A stretch of DNA of 63,595 nt, the filler included, from Perkinsus chesapeaki ATCC PRA-425 (taxonomy: Eukaryota; Protista; Perkinsozoa): NCBI GenBank assembly GCA_013115145.1. It is 5 parts of 5 records of this genome, joined end to end, with 100 filler letters (N's around TTAATTAATTAA, not from the genome) between each part and the next. Parts side by side here need not be neighbours in the genome. Positions count along the whole stretch, not along the records: positions 34,378 to 48,337 come from JAAPAO010000767.1; 4 more parts are not named here. One strand, written 5' to 3'. Under the pieces are notes generated by a model that had not been told where the DNA came from, searched no databases, and saw only the letters and a program-made list of their open reading frames with translations. Within the stretch, counting starts at the first letter, position 1; each line of letters starts with the position of its first letter. Shown piece after piece: positions 34,870 through 48,437 of the stretch. The position numbers and the translations under genes were made by a program.

Positions 34870-37800
34870 ATGGTTGTTACCAATACTAGCGAAGGGACGG
34901 GCTCGAGCCCTATTAAAGACACCACAGACAACGCCAATGGCAGTCCTTCCCCACCGGCCACTGAAGCATCGAAGACCGGCAAGGAAGACAAAATAGAAAT
35001 TGATGCTAGATTTGACGCGGTTGAATTTTTCAAAGAAGAGTTGAAAAATGAGGATGTATCTGAGAGAGCCAAATGCGCTAGGAGAATGCATTTGATAGCC
35101 AATCATATAGGACCACAGAAAACGGTGTCGATTTTGGTAAGGGTAGATAGCTGTGGCATTTGAGGAGAGAGCGGTTTGCAGATACCTGTTATATGGGATG
35201 CAATACAGAAGAAGGGAATATGTGCCGATGATGATGAGGTAGTCTATGTGGGGTTCACAAGTTAACCTATTTTGGATCTTTGTTATCGAGCTTTGCAGTG
35301 ATATTCTAGAATCTTGTATCGGTATTACTAGTCATAGTGGAGCGTTGAATGTTGAGCTTAGAACGCATGCATTTGTTGCTTGTGTTTACGGTAGTCACAT
35401 ACCCTCTATGAAAATTTTCTCCCCACTAGTAACATATGTCTTTTCAAACGTTTCATTATCTAGCAACACATCCGATCAAACTCTCTATGGTATATCATCA
35501 TTTATAAGACTTCCGAAGCATTAAATGATGAATCCCTGCTGCCCAGGTCCTCTATGCGATGGCCTCCAGCCTGCCTAATCTCATTCCTCATGTGGATGGA
35601 AGATACGAGGTATTAGCGCTCGAGTCAACCTCTGACGTATCTTTTTCTCCCTGTAGTCGTTGGTGCCCCCATTGGAGTGTTTGGCCGGCCAGGATGAAAC
35701 GGTTATTAGGAACACCGCTGTCCAAGGGCTTGTAAAAGTCGCTGAAACCAGCGATGCTATTTGTCAACAGTATTGCTTTCCGGCACTAGTGAGGTAGAAC
35801 TTTCGGGGGGATACGGCTCAGTGTATGACTCGTTGGTCTATTATGTGAGTCTGATTATCAGATTTTTTTATGGTTGTATGGTTTATATTGTGACATGAGA
35901 CACATAGGTGTATATTATTAATTCTTATTACGCGGTATAGTAGTATTAGTATAGGTCAATATATAATCATTATGTTTGTTAATACCGCTATGTACACCCC
36001 TATATAAGGCGATATGGAATGGCACTACTCCGCTCCACCATACATTTCAAAGAATCAATGTCATGTTGCTAACGTGTAGACTAACAGTGATGATAGCTGC
36101 GTTTGTTGAGAGGGCCCGAGGAATGACCCAGCCCGCGCAAGGATACAAGTGCTGTCAATCGATTCTTATGCTCTAATGATCTTGAAGTCATCAGATGGAA
36201 GTCCAATGAGCGCTTCAGTGTTGATCTGTAGTTCCATCAGTACTGCATGGCCATTAGTATGATCGTTTGGAGATCATTTCTACCTGATTCTGTTGTCCAT
36301 AAAATAATCTCCCTTGCATTTCCACGGTTGTTGTATTTCAGGTTAGCTGCTGGTGAATGGTTCACTTCTAGAGTCAGCGCATGTTCCTTGGCACCGGGTA
36401 GGATACTTGGCTGATAGTGATAGGTCTGTTGCAGCATTGCAGTGACTAGGTATATACAATCATTGTAGCGAGCAACAGAAGGCTGAGATAAGGAGGATAT
36501 TTGCCAGTCTGGCGACGGATGAATCTCCTATGGTTAAAAGGGCTGCGGCACAGCAGACACGGTAATAAAGGGAAGGGATGCTTTAGCTTCGTAACAGTGA
36601 CCCTGCAATTCATCGACAGAGACCTTATGTGGGTGGGGGTAGGACATTCTGAGGGAACTTACGAAAATATTTATGTATAAGTATATTTTCTATGGCGATT
36701 TAAACGGGAAATTCAGAGCCTCTCTGGGAGGCGGACAGATGCTTGATTACGACTAGGAAAAAGGGAGAGGGGCTGAGTTGAGAAAAGCTAAACGGTCGCA
36801 TTAATTACTCCGTCATGTGGGATTTTAGAGCAACAGTTGTGGGAGCCGAGCCCAGAAGTAGCGCAAAGAGTGCCCCCTCCTTCGCTAGGAGAATATTTTC
36901 TATCAAATTTTCTGGTACTTCTCGGGACTGGGATTGATATTCGACCTGGCATGTGTTACCGGTACCTACTATCTATTATTTTGAGCCCGTATCTGAAACG
37001 TTGGTCCCGAATCGAGCGACTTAGATGGTTTGTCAAGGACATAGCGAAGAGTCTCATTAATGGGGTGATGTTCCTTTATGCTGGTCCTTTAGATACTTGT
37101 TTAATGTGGTTGATAAGGACTCTATAGTGTCAGAGTTATTGGTAATACACAAAGCTCAGGCGATTGATAGTGTCCAGGATGCTATAAGGTAGTAGCTGTT
37201 GTTGTTGTTTTGATATAATAGGTTCATGGTATTGATTTTTAGGGAAGCATGTGTTCATACTACCTTAGTATTGGCGGAGAAACTGAGCGAGGAGGAGAAC
37301 AGGTAGTAGGAGGGTAGGCTTGGGATTATAGGAGTCGTAAAGTGAATAAATTGTATCAACAATTATATAATTATTGCGTATCATATGAACCATATAATCC
37401 GTATTGGCTCTCTCGGTTCTTCTGCATTGTTGACAATAATAGACCTTATGCTTACTTTTTGTGTCTTTTTAGGCAATACACTTTATGGGCGGTGACATTA
37501 TTTTTTACGGATCGTTCATGGAGGGTGAGGATCCTCATGGCCAAGTACTTTGACAGACTGTGTCAAGCATTAGGGTAGGTCTTGGTGGGTTATAAGGGCT
37601 CGCTTGGGAATAGAACCAGGGATCGTTGGGTTTACTGTCTGGTACTCTACCGAGGGGCTATTGTTCCAGGCCAGAGCTGACGACATCAGAGCTCCTTCAG
37701 CCCTTCACAGGGCTTCTAAAGGACCCTGAGCAGGACGTTCGCATAGCTGCTGTCGAGGATATTGATAAGGCCGTCACTGTGCTATCGGTAATGCAGCTGT

Positions 37801-39767
37801 TCAGTGCACACATCAAGCTTGGATACGTGCAATCAGGTCGATCAGCTTCAATCGTTCATCGTGCCCCAATTTTCGGCATTGGCAAGGGACCAATCTCAGC
37901 CAGTTAGAGCTGCTTTAGCTAATGTTATTGGAGCAGTTGCTGAATCTCTTGGTAGTACTGGGGGCGGTTGTTGAAGGCAGCCTTATGGGCAGCCTGTAGC
38001 ACTAGTGTTTCGGGAGGACAAAACCTATTTCTAACGGGGAGCCTGGACAGGGGTGACGATGCCGCGGGAATTCCAGCGCGCTTTAGTCTGATCTCCTCCC
38101 CAGTTGAGCTCTGGAATGGTGTTAGAGAATTAGTTCTTCAGTATCTGGACGTGCAACAATTTACCGAAAATGTGTGGGCGAGTTTTCTCGGTTTCGAGAT
38201 ATGTAGGGGAAATTATCCACATATTTGAGCAATAAATAAAAGGGCCGTGTTTGATGATTAGGTCGTGAAGCTACTCAAAAGACACTGCTTAATTTAATAC
38301 TAGATCTAATGAAGGATGAGCATCATACAGTAAGGCTTAATATGGTATCACAGGCAGCTACTATATGTGGGGTAAGGAATAGATTCTGATAGAATTTTAG
38401 GAGATTGCTGAAAGGTGCTTGGCTTGGACACTATGGTGTCGTCAGTGCTTGGAACTGTGCAATCACTGATAATGGATAACCAATGGAGGATCCGTTTGGC
38501 GGTGATACAGCAGATGCCTAAGTAATAGGAAGCCAGTATCCTCGGTTAAGGTTTGGATTAGGCTGGCTGGTCTGTTTGGACCAGAGCTATTTCAACAGAA
38601 GCTTGAAGGGTTGTTTCTGAGTAGTTTAAACGACAGTGTGTATAGTGTTAGGGAGGCGGTTATTGACAATATACAGGTAATACAAGGAAGGATGCTGCTT
38701 ACATTGGGTTAGACGCAATTACCACCCTAGCGGGAATGTGTTTATATTGCGAAGATATACTAACTCCAATGTAAAGAATGTTCCTAGAACGAAAAGACAC
38801 ATCGCACTTATTCTTTCTGTGAGCACTTGACGTTCCTCACTGGCTACTTACTGGGGAGTTGATAGGGAAAGAGTGGTATGATGGATGAGAGTAGTTGGAA
38901 TGGAGCCGTCTAGGTTTGCATTTCGCTGTTTGTGGCAGCTGAAAGTAATGGACAGTAATTCTGCTCTGTATTTTCGTGCGCATTGGAGGCTTCGATATCA
39001 TCATTGGTTACTCACTAGTCATTTTCTTTTCAACGTGATTTTTCAGCCCATATCTGAGGTCTTCGGCGCCCAATGGACCGAGGAGCATTTGCTTCCTAAA
39101 ATCGTGGAGCAATACCATCAAGTTCAAGGACAGGGATACAGTGGACGCCTCACCACACTGCAGGCGGTGGGATTGTTCGGCGGCGAGTTTCCCTAGTAGT
39201 GTTAGTGGTATTTAGTTGCCACGATTGACGTATGTGATGAGCTCTGAGCAAGTGGAGCAGCATATTATGCCGGTGTTGGTTAAAGCTACAAAGGATCCTG
39301 TACCGAATGTTAGGTAGTACGGTATATAAGGGGGATTGTGATAAAGGGGAAGAGTAAATGGTGTATTTGGGGGGAGGGGCAGTGATGTGCATTACTCCAG
39401 TAGTAAGATATTTTTTGTGTTATATATCAGCACTAGACGTTAAGTGATATTCTCATGAGAGCGTTCATCGAGCAGTAGGTGTAAATATGTATTTGATGAT
39501 GACAAGGTTAGGATTGTGGTAAGTGACAATATTATTCCTAGGTTCACTGCATGTGAGTGTCTCATTTGGATGTTGGAGAATCATAAGTTGGATAACCCAA
39601 TGATGGTCACTCAGTCATTAGAGCCAACTGTAAAGGATGTCTTAGCTCATGAGAAGGATGCTGATGTGAAGTAAAAATGCCCTAGCCAGGGATAGAACCG
39701 AGGACCTTTTGATATCTGCAGGTATATTGCGCAGAAAGCATTGGATGTATGCATTAAAGTGACGTAG
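34870..39767 (+). CDS. PPP2R1A: Protein phosphatase 2A scaffold subunit A (PR65, HEAT repeats), multi-exon
   Basis: FFKEELKNEDVSER...IGPQKT; LAAGEWFTSRVSACSL; LLKDPEQDVRIAA; DPVPNVR; EKDADVKYIAQKAL. Confidence 0.93.
37598..37662 (-). pseudogene. Near full-length decayed tRNA (Tyr-like, GTA), antisense inside PP2A-A intron 37575-37669
   Basis: Minus strand: tagcccctCGGTAGAGt-accagacaGTAaaccc-aacgatc-cctgg-TTCTATT-cccaa-gcgagcc. D-loop, anticodon and T regions recognisable; stems broken. Confidence 0.6.
39671..39721 (-). other. 51-nt PP2A-A intron made of an antisense tRNA 3' half plus T5
   Basis: Reverse complement reads aaaaggtcctcgg-TTCTATC-cctgg-ctagggc-A-ttttt-ac. The host donor GTAAAAA is the complement of the T-tract end. 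Confidence 0.7.
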
Positions 39768-40467
39768 CTATGGTGATAGCTGTTGGCAATATAACAACAC
39801 GTCGTTTCTGACACCTCTAGCTGTCGCCTCTAGCATCCTTATTATCATCATCATCACCTATTAGTATACTTCCCAATATAAAGCTATTGCTGTATATATT
39901 AGTTTCGCCATTATCATTGCTGCCGATGTTGGGACAGTTATAAGAAAGGAGAGAAAGGGAATAGTTTATCATTTCTCATTGCTATGGGGTTAGCATAGTA
40001 GTGCTGATGATGATGGCATTGTGTTTGCGTTGAGAAATTGCAAGATTTCAAGATATTGCAGAAGGTTCAGAGTTAGTGTATGCCAAAAACATAAATGGAC
40101 GGGGAATTTCTATGCACTCTTGTCGTTCAGCTGGATCTAAATGTATAATACCTATCCGCTTGGTATTTTACTACCTGGGTTGATGCTGTAGTAGAGATAC
40201 TCTTTTTGTTGACTGATGAAGGGATAGACAATGTAGGAGAGAGTATTGAAAATATAAGACATAAAAAGTAGCGCAAATGAAGGAAACGTGAGGGGAATAT
40301 TAAGAAAGACATAAGGGAAATATTGGAGTTAGTGGGAGGAAGATAACGGAAAGAGGGTACATTCAAAAGCGAGGAATTGAGGGAGATAGTAAAAGTGGAT
40401 TGTGGATGGAATAAAAATGGCTTCATTAATCGCTTTGGTTGCTTTAGCTGTCCGGTCCTTATCATTT

Positions 40468-43400
40468 ATGAGCAGCGGTAATATAAGGCATTACGGTGAT
40501 GTTAGTGAGGCCGTTCTGCGAGAGGAAGCTACGGCTACTTCATATCGTCAAGTCCCGAGTAGACAAGCAGCAGCAGCATCATCAGGGGAAGGACCAAGGC
40601 GGGAGTCCGAGGTAATGATGCTATATAGTTCGATATGACCCAGAGGAATGACAGGTGTTGCTGAGGGCGAAGCAGAAGGCGGATGAGCTTCATAGGGCAT
40701 TTGAGGAGGTTAGGAAAACCAAAGGGGACTTGAGCGCTGCGGTGCCGGGCTCGGACAGGGAGGTCAAGAACAAGCTGAGGCTTATAGGGGAGCCTATATG
40801 CCTTTTTGGAGAGGACCCAGCGGATAGGAGAGGACGGCTGAAGCTATTGTTGTCAAAGGCTAAGTACCAGGAGATGTTGAAGCCATCGGGAAAGGAGAGT
40901 GGAAGGGGTAGTAAGGGATGGTGATGCTATGCATTGATGATTGTGTTATTATACTTTACTATAATGCCAGGCTGTGTTGTCTACGTAAGTGCACAGAAGC
41001 CATCTTAGCACATATTACTTGTTGGTCGATGACTGTGTTATATAATATTATAATTAAGAGGGATGCTCATTGTGTTTCAGATGATAAGAGAGGCGGCAAA
41101 CCCGAGCAAGCTGAGTTGTTCTTCACTATTGGCAGTGAGAATCTCAAGGCTAAAAGGAGGAAGCTTTGGGAGATAAGTCGACAGAAATCTAAGAAGGTAG
41201 TGTGTTGGTAGTGGTTGCTATTAACGATACATTAGAACTGTTACGCTCTCTAACGATTGGATGCTTTTGGGATGAAACTATTAGGTCGTTCAACGAAGGA
41301 AATTGAAAGTGAAATTTCGCGCAAATGTTTGATCGGTTCTCCATCACTGAGCTCATGAAACGAGGTCAAACGAGTTGAGGCGGTTGATGGAGGGAAAATC
41401 AGGCTAATATCTCAACACTGGCTTTTCTGGTCCTTCGAAAATAAGAGACAGCTGTGTTTGGTAAGAATATTGCTTTCTCACTACCACCACTCAGGCGCTA
41501 GAGGCCGAGCGTGCAGATTTCCACAAGACTATTGATTACGACTATAACAGACGTTTCACTGTTCTGGCTGATACGCTGAAGTAAGGCGAGGTGAACGATC
41601 TGGGGGGGGGACTTAGAATCGACAGCAATTTTGAACGAGCAAGGTTTTATAGTTTTTGGAGAGGATTTACTGTGTCCGTTAGAAGTGGGCGGTCACCTTA
41701 TCTGCTCCCTTTTCGGCTGATGTAGGTCGGCTCACACTATAGAGGAGTTCACTGGCGCTGGTTCGGAGAGTCGGCCATTGTCCCATATAAGATTATCGAA
41801 GGCGGTGAGAGGAGCTGATACGGAGGGTCAAGCTTCAAGGGTTGCTGTTGCTAGTTGGAGCGGTTTTATTGGGGTAAGATAGGATAGTAGTAGCAAGTTG
41901 CTTGATCTGGGATGGACTAATTAGATTTGGACGGCAGACGAGACGATGAAACATCTGTATACTTTGGGATCGGAAGGCCACGGTCATTCAGATAGGTGAG
42001 GTGATGGAATTTGGTGAGTGTGAATTGTTACTGGCACTTTGGTTGCCGCCATGAGGAAGGAATGCTGAAGAATCGCATAGGTTGAAGTTTACTACATATC
42101 TCGCAAACGGGTGTACTTGTGTGATTCGGTGGCCTCCCTTTCTGTCAACTTTTCTCATAACAATACTTTTCCCGGTGCTTTCAGATGTCAAGGAGTAGCG
42201 TGGCATCCTAATGGCAAGCAGTTGGCCAGCGCTGGTGCTGACCATAATGTAGGAGGAATGGAATGTTCTTAGAGCATGTCCTCGGTTCGAGATTTGGACA
42301 TCCTGGACTTAGCATACAATCGTCGACCACCGCTCCGTTGTTGTTTTTCCAGATATGTATATGGAATTTGCCTACAGCGGATATCGACCCGAATATTGGT
42401 GATGTCGTGGGTATCCAGCCTGCAGCGGTACTGGAAGGCCACGAGCTTCGAGTCAATAATGTGGAGTATGTCCCGGTAAGACGAGCTTCGGAATGTCGGT
42501 CGAAAATTGCGGACTAAGACCATATCATCTCATTGTCGGTTGAGACAGCACAACCTTCGATTTCACTTCAGCTCAAGTCTCTCGTAATTCCTTTCCACTG
42601 CGCATTCCCCCGATGAACGCCCAGGTCCTCACCAGCCTGTTATGGCCTTAGCCATTCGTCCTTGCTGAGAGGCGCACCTTTTAGTTGATAGTTTCGAAAC
42701 TCATGAACCTGTTCCTAGGATTCGCTTGATAGGAAATTTCAACTGAAAGTCTTATTTCGAAGAGATATTGGTTCAGTTAACTTAATCATCGTGCCCCCTC
42801 GGCACTGTTCTTGGTCAGGTCTATCCCCAGCTATTAGCCTCAACATCTCACGATGACACCTGGCGTCTCTGGGACGTTGAGAGGCAGGAGGAGATACTAC
42901 TTCAAGAAGGCCACGACCATCCTGTAGTCGCCCTCGCATTCAGAGTAGCTTCTCTTATTGTGTCGGTAGGTTTTCGGCCTTGCCGTTCATCCTTGTGGAT
43001 CGCTGGTAGCGACCTCGGACATGGGGGGTGTGGTAAGAGTTTGGGATCTTCGAACCGGCCGAACTGTGCTCTCTTTAACTTCGGATGACGGTGGACACTG
43101 CAAAGGTACTTCGCTTCGTTGAACCCTTTTGGTGGTACACAGTTCTCTCAGGCGTCTTGGCTGTTGATTTCTCGCCGAATGGTTTCCAGCTGGCCACCGG
43201 AGGTATGGACAACAGCGTTAAGATTTGGGATCTACGAAGGCGGCGCAGACTTGAGAATCTGTGAGCCATCTATCGGGATGCCTTGCGTATCGCCATGTTG
43301 CTTTTAGTCCTGCCCACGAGAAGCTGATCTCGGATATACGTTTCGCTCCCGATGGTCGACTGCTTCTCACAGCAGGTTATGATGGTGTTGCTAAACTGTG

Positions 43401-43784
43401 GAGCACACTGGACTGGACAGATGTTCGTAATCTACCTGTTGCGTGCAACAAGGTCAGAACAGATGGGGCGGCTGTGGACTCGACAGTGTCGAGACTATCC
43501 ACCATGCGTTTCGCGTTTCGTGAGATCTCGGCATCTGAAGCGGTTCGCCTAGTCAGGTCTCCTCAGTATTGGGGCCCTTGCACTGCGCGGCTTCTGTTCG
43601 CAATTATTGTGGTTAACTTGAGTAAAAGCTCTCATTTGTTGTTGGTCATCAGATCATGTCGGCCGATATTGACGGCTCAGTGGTGGCTACTGCGGGCTTC
43701 GACAGACAATTTAAGATATGGAAGTTACCGAGCGATGATGAAGTTAAGAAAGCTGACGAAGATGTTGAGATGAAGGCGCAGTAG
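40468..43784 (+). CDS. PRPF4: U4/U6 snRNP protein Prp4 (SFM domain plus WD40), multi-exon
   Basis: [33 protein letters not shown]; [23 protein letters not shown]; [24 protein letters not shown]; [12 protein letters not shown]. Confidence 0.93.
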
Positions 43785-44854
43785 ATTATTGGTGAATCAT
43801 TTCTAACGTATAACATTACGGGTTGTGTTTGAGAGTGTTGGACGGAACAAGCGAACGATAGGATCTATGCTAGAGGTTGACAGGTATAGCGACACACACG
43901 TGGTACGAGTCACATGTAGCATCTCCCGCAAATAATTACAACCTCGGTCCAATCTGGATCCTCAACGCTTCGCTTTGATGTCTTGTGCTACACAATGCTG
44001 CTACAGAAACGCACTAGAATGATTCTGTAAAAAATATGTTACCTTATTCTTAAATGAGGGGAGCAAAGACGTATCGCTCAGAAGCCCGTTTCTATTTGCT
44101 CTGTCAAAGTTGTAAGATCTCACCGCCACTGCACCTGCAACTTTGTCAACATTACATGTTGAGTATCTGAATGAGTGTTTGTTGATGGCCTTCATTTGAG
44201 AACAGGCAGCGACTATAAGGTCTGTCAGTAAGAAGAGAACCCAAGTGGAAGATTTGAGAAACGGTTCGTCGTTCCGTGCGCGGGGTGTCACACCAGAAAG
44301 GTGACAGATTCTGAATATGGGAGGATGAAATAACGCTTGGAATATCCTAGATCCGATTGGTAACGGGCAAATCGAGTCACTCGAGGGATGTATATAAAGT
44401 GAGGGGGTACACGGACAGGAGGTGCAGGAAAGAAAGAGTGGAAGAAATGGAAGCGCGTTGCACAGATCCAGCTGGTGCCGATACGAAACTGATGCGCCGG
44501 TGCTGGCCCGCAAACATACACAGGTCAGGGCGATCAATTTCGAAGTCTCACGAACTACAACGGGGCTCGGAGCCCCGGGCTCCCCATTTGTCGATCGTCG
44601 AGAAGTAACTGAGCTCATGTCGCATTGCTCATCAGTGATGAGTCATCACTCACGGCTGTGCGGATGCGCACCTAGCTGTGTCACAGCTGATGTGACTCGA
44701 GTCGAGGCTATAGCGTTGGAACACAGTTGTTACAGCGAGTTGGAGCGAGTTGAGGGCTCCAACTGAGGTGTAGTGACCAACTCGCTGGCCATACCAGGAA
44801 ATGATACCGTGCCCCCTTTCCTCTTAGTAGTTTATAATATAATACAGCGATATC

Positions 44855-45244
44855 ATGCTAATTTGTATGATATTATCCGTCTCTACCATCACGTTGGCCT
44901 CTGCGATAGTAATCAGGCCTCCTTCTCCTACGGGGCCGTACTTCTATATTAGTGGTAAGGTGTGTATTGAAACCAATTGGACCAGTGGGTCTATTATCCT
45001 CGGAGCAAGCTGCGGTGCACAGAAAGAATATTCAGATAAACTTTACTATGAGGTGTCCGGTGAAACATCTTATCATATCAAAGAGAAAAGCTGGAAGAAC
45101 CACGATAGCTTCCTTGAGCGTGTTAACAATGATTGCCGTGCCGGTGGCGCTCCCACCGATCTGTATATGTACAGGAAAATCGATAAAGGTATACTAACAC
45201 AGTTCCAGGATGATGTGGTGGTATTCCAGAAGGGCGCCTGCTAA
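44855..45244 (+). CDS. Small intronless secreted protein (129 aa), unknown function
   Basis: Signal-like MLICMILSVSTITLASA; four Cys in the mature part, the last one C-terminal. Confidence 0.6.
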   Translation: MLICMILSVSTITLASAIVIRPPSPTGPYFYISGKVCIETNWTSGSIILGASCGAQKEYSDKLYYEVSGETSYHIKEKSWKNHDSFLERVNNDCRAGGAPTDLYMYRKIDKGILTQFQDDVVVFQKGAC

Positions 45245-46710
45245 CTATAGTTCAATGTGGTGTTAAGCAAACCAGTCTGGTCTTCAATTCAGCAGTTCAT
45301 TAGGGAGTGCAAGATACTGGTGGGTTTGGTGTCGTTCTTTGCTATGTAAGTAATGGTTCTCTGCATATTCTAACCCTTTATATTAGTCCTATCAAATTCG
45401 TTGAGAAATAAGTTTTCATTAAACAACCACTGTACTGAGTTGTTGTACAAAAGGCGTAATGAGCGTACACAAGTATCAGCCGAAACCGTGAACATCGTGG
45501 TATCGCATAATGAGTCTCATATCCAACTTTTACCTACAATGCTCAAGATCCTTTGATCATCGAGTCTCAGAGGAAGAATCTCGGATAGGTTCTTGTGCGG
45601 GCGCGCAATTCGCGCCATCAATGATTTCAAAGCCATCCCGTCTCACCCGGGGCCGACGCTTCTACTTCCCTCACTGGCTCCAAATCATTGACACTTCTTT
45701 CACACTATTGGAGGCCACTGCCTCCAGGTAAGTGAGCAATGTGCTGCTATGTAGAGACTAACATGACCCATCATGCTAGCTAGAATTGTTGAGAAGGTAT
45801 GTGGTCATGGCGCAGCGAGCGCAGCCCACGGATCAGATTCGTGTCTCCCCGAAAAGTAATTCTTGCGTGAGCAATATGTCGAGAAACGGAGGAGCAATCA
45901 CAATAGAGAATAATAACTGGAACGCCTCTGTTCGCTCTGAAGGGTGGTGTGCGGTACGCCACACACCTCACTTCAGCCCATCTGTCGCTCAGCGAGCGGC
46001 GATTAGTGGATCTTTAGCACCTTGTACATGCGTGCAGCACTCGAGTCTGTGGTGCGCCTTGTTTTCAGGTGTGGCTTTCTCTTTAGACTCTACACCACCC
46101 TCATGAGCCGGTGGGGGAGCTATAATCAATTCAATGTGGCTCATAACGAGTTAGTAAAAAGGCCAAAACAACTTCGTGTCATGAAATTTGGTGGCTGAGC
46201 AAGCTCGGTCACAGAAGTTCGGGAGCCCCAGCGCAAGTCTGTTACGCTTGATCCGTATTCTATATATCGTCCGCCATCGACCGCATAATTTTGCTCGATA
46301 GCACTCGAGCAGAGTGGTGAAGGTACCTGAGTGGTCATTCCACTAGCTTCGCGGCCTTTTCGACTTTATGACAGCTATCTGCTACATGCATCTAAGGAAA
46401 TACTATTTCGTTCTGAGCCGTATGGGTTTGTTCTTGGGCTTCACCAGTTTGGCCTTGGCTTTCCTTATTAGGTGTAGCCTCCCCTTACATCCTAATCATT
46501 AGGACCGTCGCGATCAGGTCATTCGACAATCATCCGCATTAAGTGCCCTTGTTACTTTTGGACGATCATTTTTTCCGTCTAACTTTGCTGTTGTTCGTGC
46601 AGTAAGGATCGCCCTGGCTTCAAACGCTTTCATATTTTCTCGCTTTCTAGTAACCACACTGATAGTAGCCAATGAGGTGTGTTTGTAGGCTTTTAAATAC
46701 AGTGTATTCA

Positions 46711-47841
46711 ATGGTCGACCCCATCCATCTTACTATTTTAGGCATCTTTCTACTGGGGACTATCCATCCGTGCAGTGCCAGGAAAGACGTAGCTATCACC
46801 AGCCAAGGGTGGCTTCTACCACCAGGATATTTATGCCAGTTGTTCACTATGGGGGTGAACAGATTTGTCTTGGAAGGAGCTACGCTACTCAATGATGGCA
46901 GCATTTTAGACGACGATTTAAGAAATAATATTACCGCAGCTAATGAAATTACTGACTGCGCCAAGAAGTCCGGAGTGAGACCGACTGTTGCTCTTTACAC
47001 GGATGACTATCCCTTCGATAAGTGCACTCCTGAAGACTTTAACTATACAAACTTTCGAGATCAAGCTCAAGCTCTAGTGACTAATTACGGTGTGGATGAG
47101 GTGCTCTTCTGGATTTGGGCAGGAAACTTTCAAGAATGCTCTTGGCAAATGGCAAGGAATATTAGCAATGTTATTCGGCATCACCTGAGGACGACAAGTG
47201 GAAAGACAGTTAAAGCATCACTCGGGTGAGTAGTAAATATTTAACATATGGCATGATCCATGTTATATGAAGTGATCAACAATGTTTTAGGTTTGCTGCG
47301 GAGCCAATAAATACTCCTTTGTGGGACTACATCAAGAAAGCAGATGTTGGCAACTACTTTGACACCATTTCCGTCCATTTTGGAAGCCCAGGCCTATTCG
47401 ATGCGCGTGTTATTGATATATCCTTTACAAGAGAAATTATTGAACACCTCACCACTTTGGGGGTATCAAGATCCCAAGTACAGCTATCGGTAAGTGCATG
47501 TTGCAAAATGAGGGAGTTCCGTAAAGGGACTGTCCAAATCAGATAATGAGTTATCATATGCATCTTAGATTGAAACAAGTGGCTTCCTCCTGTCGACTCT
47601 AATGCCGATGGCATACAACGAGCTTATAAAAAAGGGTGCTCCTTACTTTGGTGATGGACATTTCGAGGGTTTCGTATATCACTCTCAGAAGCAAGTTCAC
47701 GAGAAGGTGGCGCTGATAAGGGATGAACGTTTGGAAGGCTTCTCTTTACAACATATATTTTTCGACCTGATGTCCAACGATACTCGCTCGTTGCTGCATG
47801 CTGCATTGTATCATTCGCGAGATCCATCCCCACAAGAGTGA
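46711..47841 (+). CDS. Secreted GH18 chitinase-like protein, 3 exons, catalytic motif degenerate
   Basis: Signal peptide; C-terminal YHSQKQVHEKVALIRDERLEGFSLQHIFFDL...SLLHAA matches the GH18 last strand region; YGVDEVLFWIW occupies the DxxDxDxE position. Confidence 0.65.
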
Positions 47842-48337
47842 TCATGCTACCATAGAGAGTTTTGCTGGCGGCTGTTGTACGACGAAGTGAATAACTATCA
47901 TCTCGTTAGGAGCTTCTGGAATGATCCAGAGAAGATCTATCGTTCTTCCGAAGACCTTTTTTAACAAATATTTAGTCACTTGAGGTTTTCTGATCATTTA
48001 TTAGCAGTGACCAAGTCACCTATGAGGCCAGCTCGCCTCCGATTATCGTTGGTCGTGTAGCACCTCTTAAACGCTTAGCCTTGTGTTGGGAGTCTGGCTG
48101 ATGGCTGTTAAAAAGTCGTGCCTGGATAAAAGTTCGTGGGGTAAGAAACTAAATGAAGTCGCACCGTATGCAAAAACGCGTAGCAAATAATACACTTCTC
48201 TCCTCTCTCCTATGTGAAGTTCACATATTCCAATGTTACCCCGGAAGACTTTTCACAGAACGACGTTTTACAACACACTATACACCCACCACGGCGCATG
48301 TTTCTTAATTTCTGCGCTACTGACAATGAGTAGTACT

Positions 48338-48437
48338 NNNNNNNNNNNNNNNNNNNNNNNNNNNNNNNNNNNNNNNNNNNNTTAATTAATTAANNNNNNN
48401 NNNNNNNNNNNNNNNNNNNNNNNNNNNNNNNNNNNNN
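48338..48437. other. Artificial scaffold gap linker
   Basis: N44-TTAATTAATTAA-N44. Confidence 0.99.

Noticed and set aside
10531-35830. Possible tRNA 5'/A-box fragments (gtagctcagtcg at about 10536, ggccggaggtagctcag at 23817, ggggatacggctcagtg at about 35807)
   Set aside because: Too short to distinguish from chance and no linked B-box. Worth rechecking if the tRNA-fragment family is confirmed.
44001-44618. 205-aa minus-strand ORF
   Set aside because: No recognisable motif or convincing start; overlapping frames suggest a decayed or spurious sequence.
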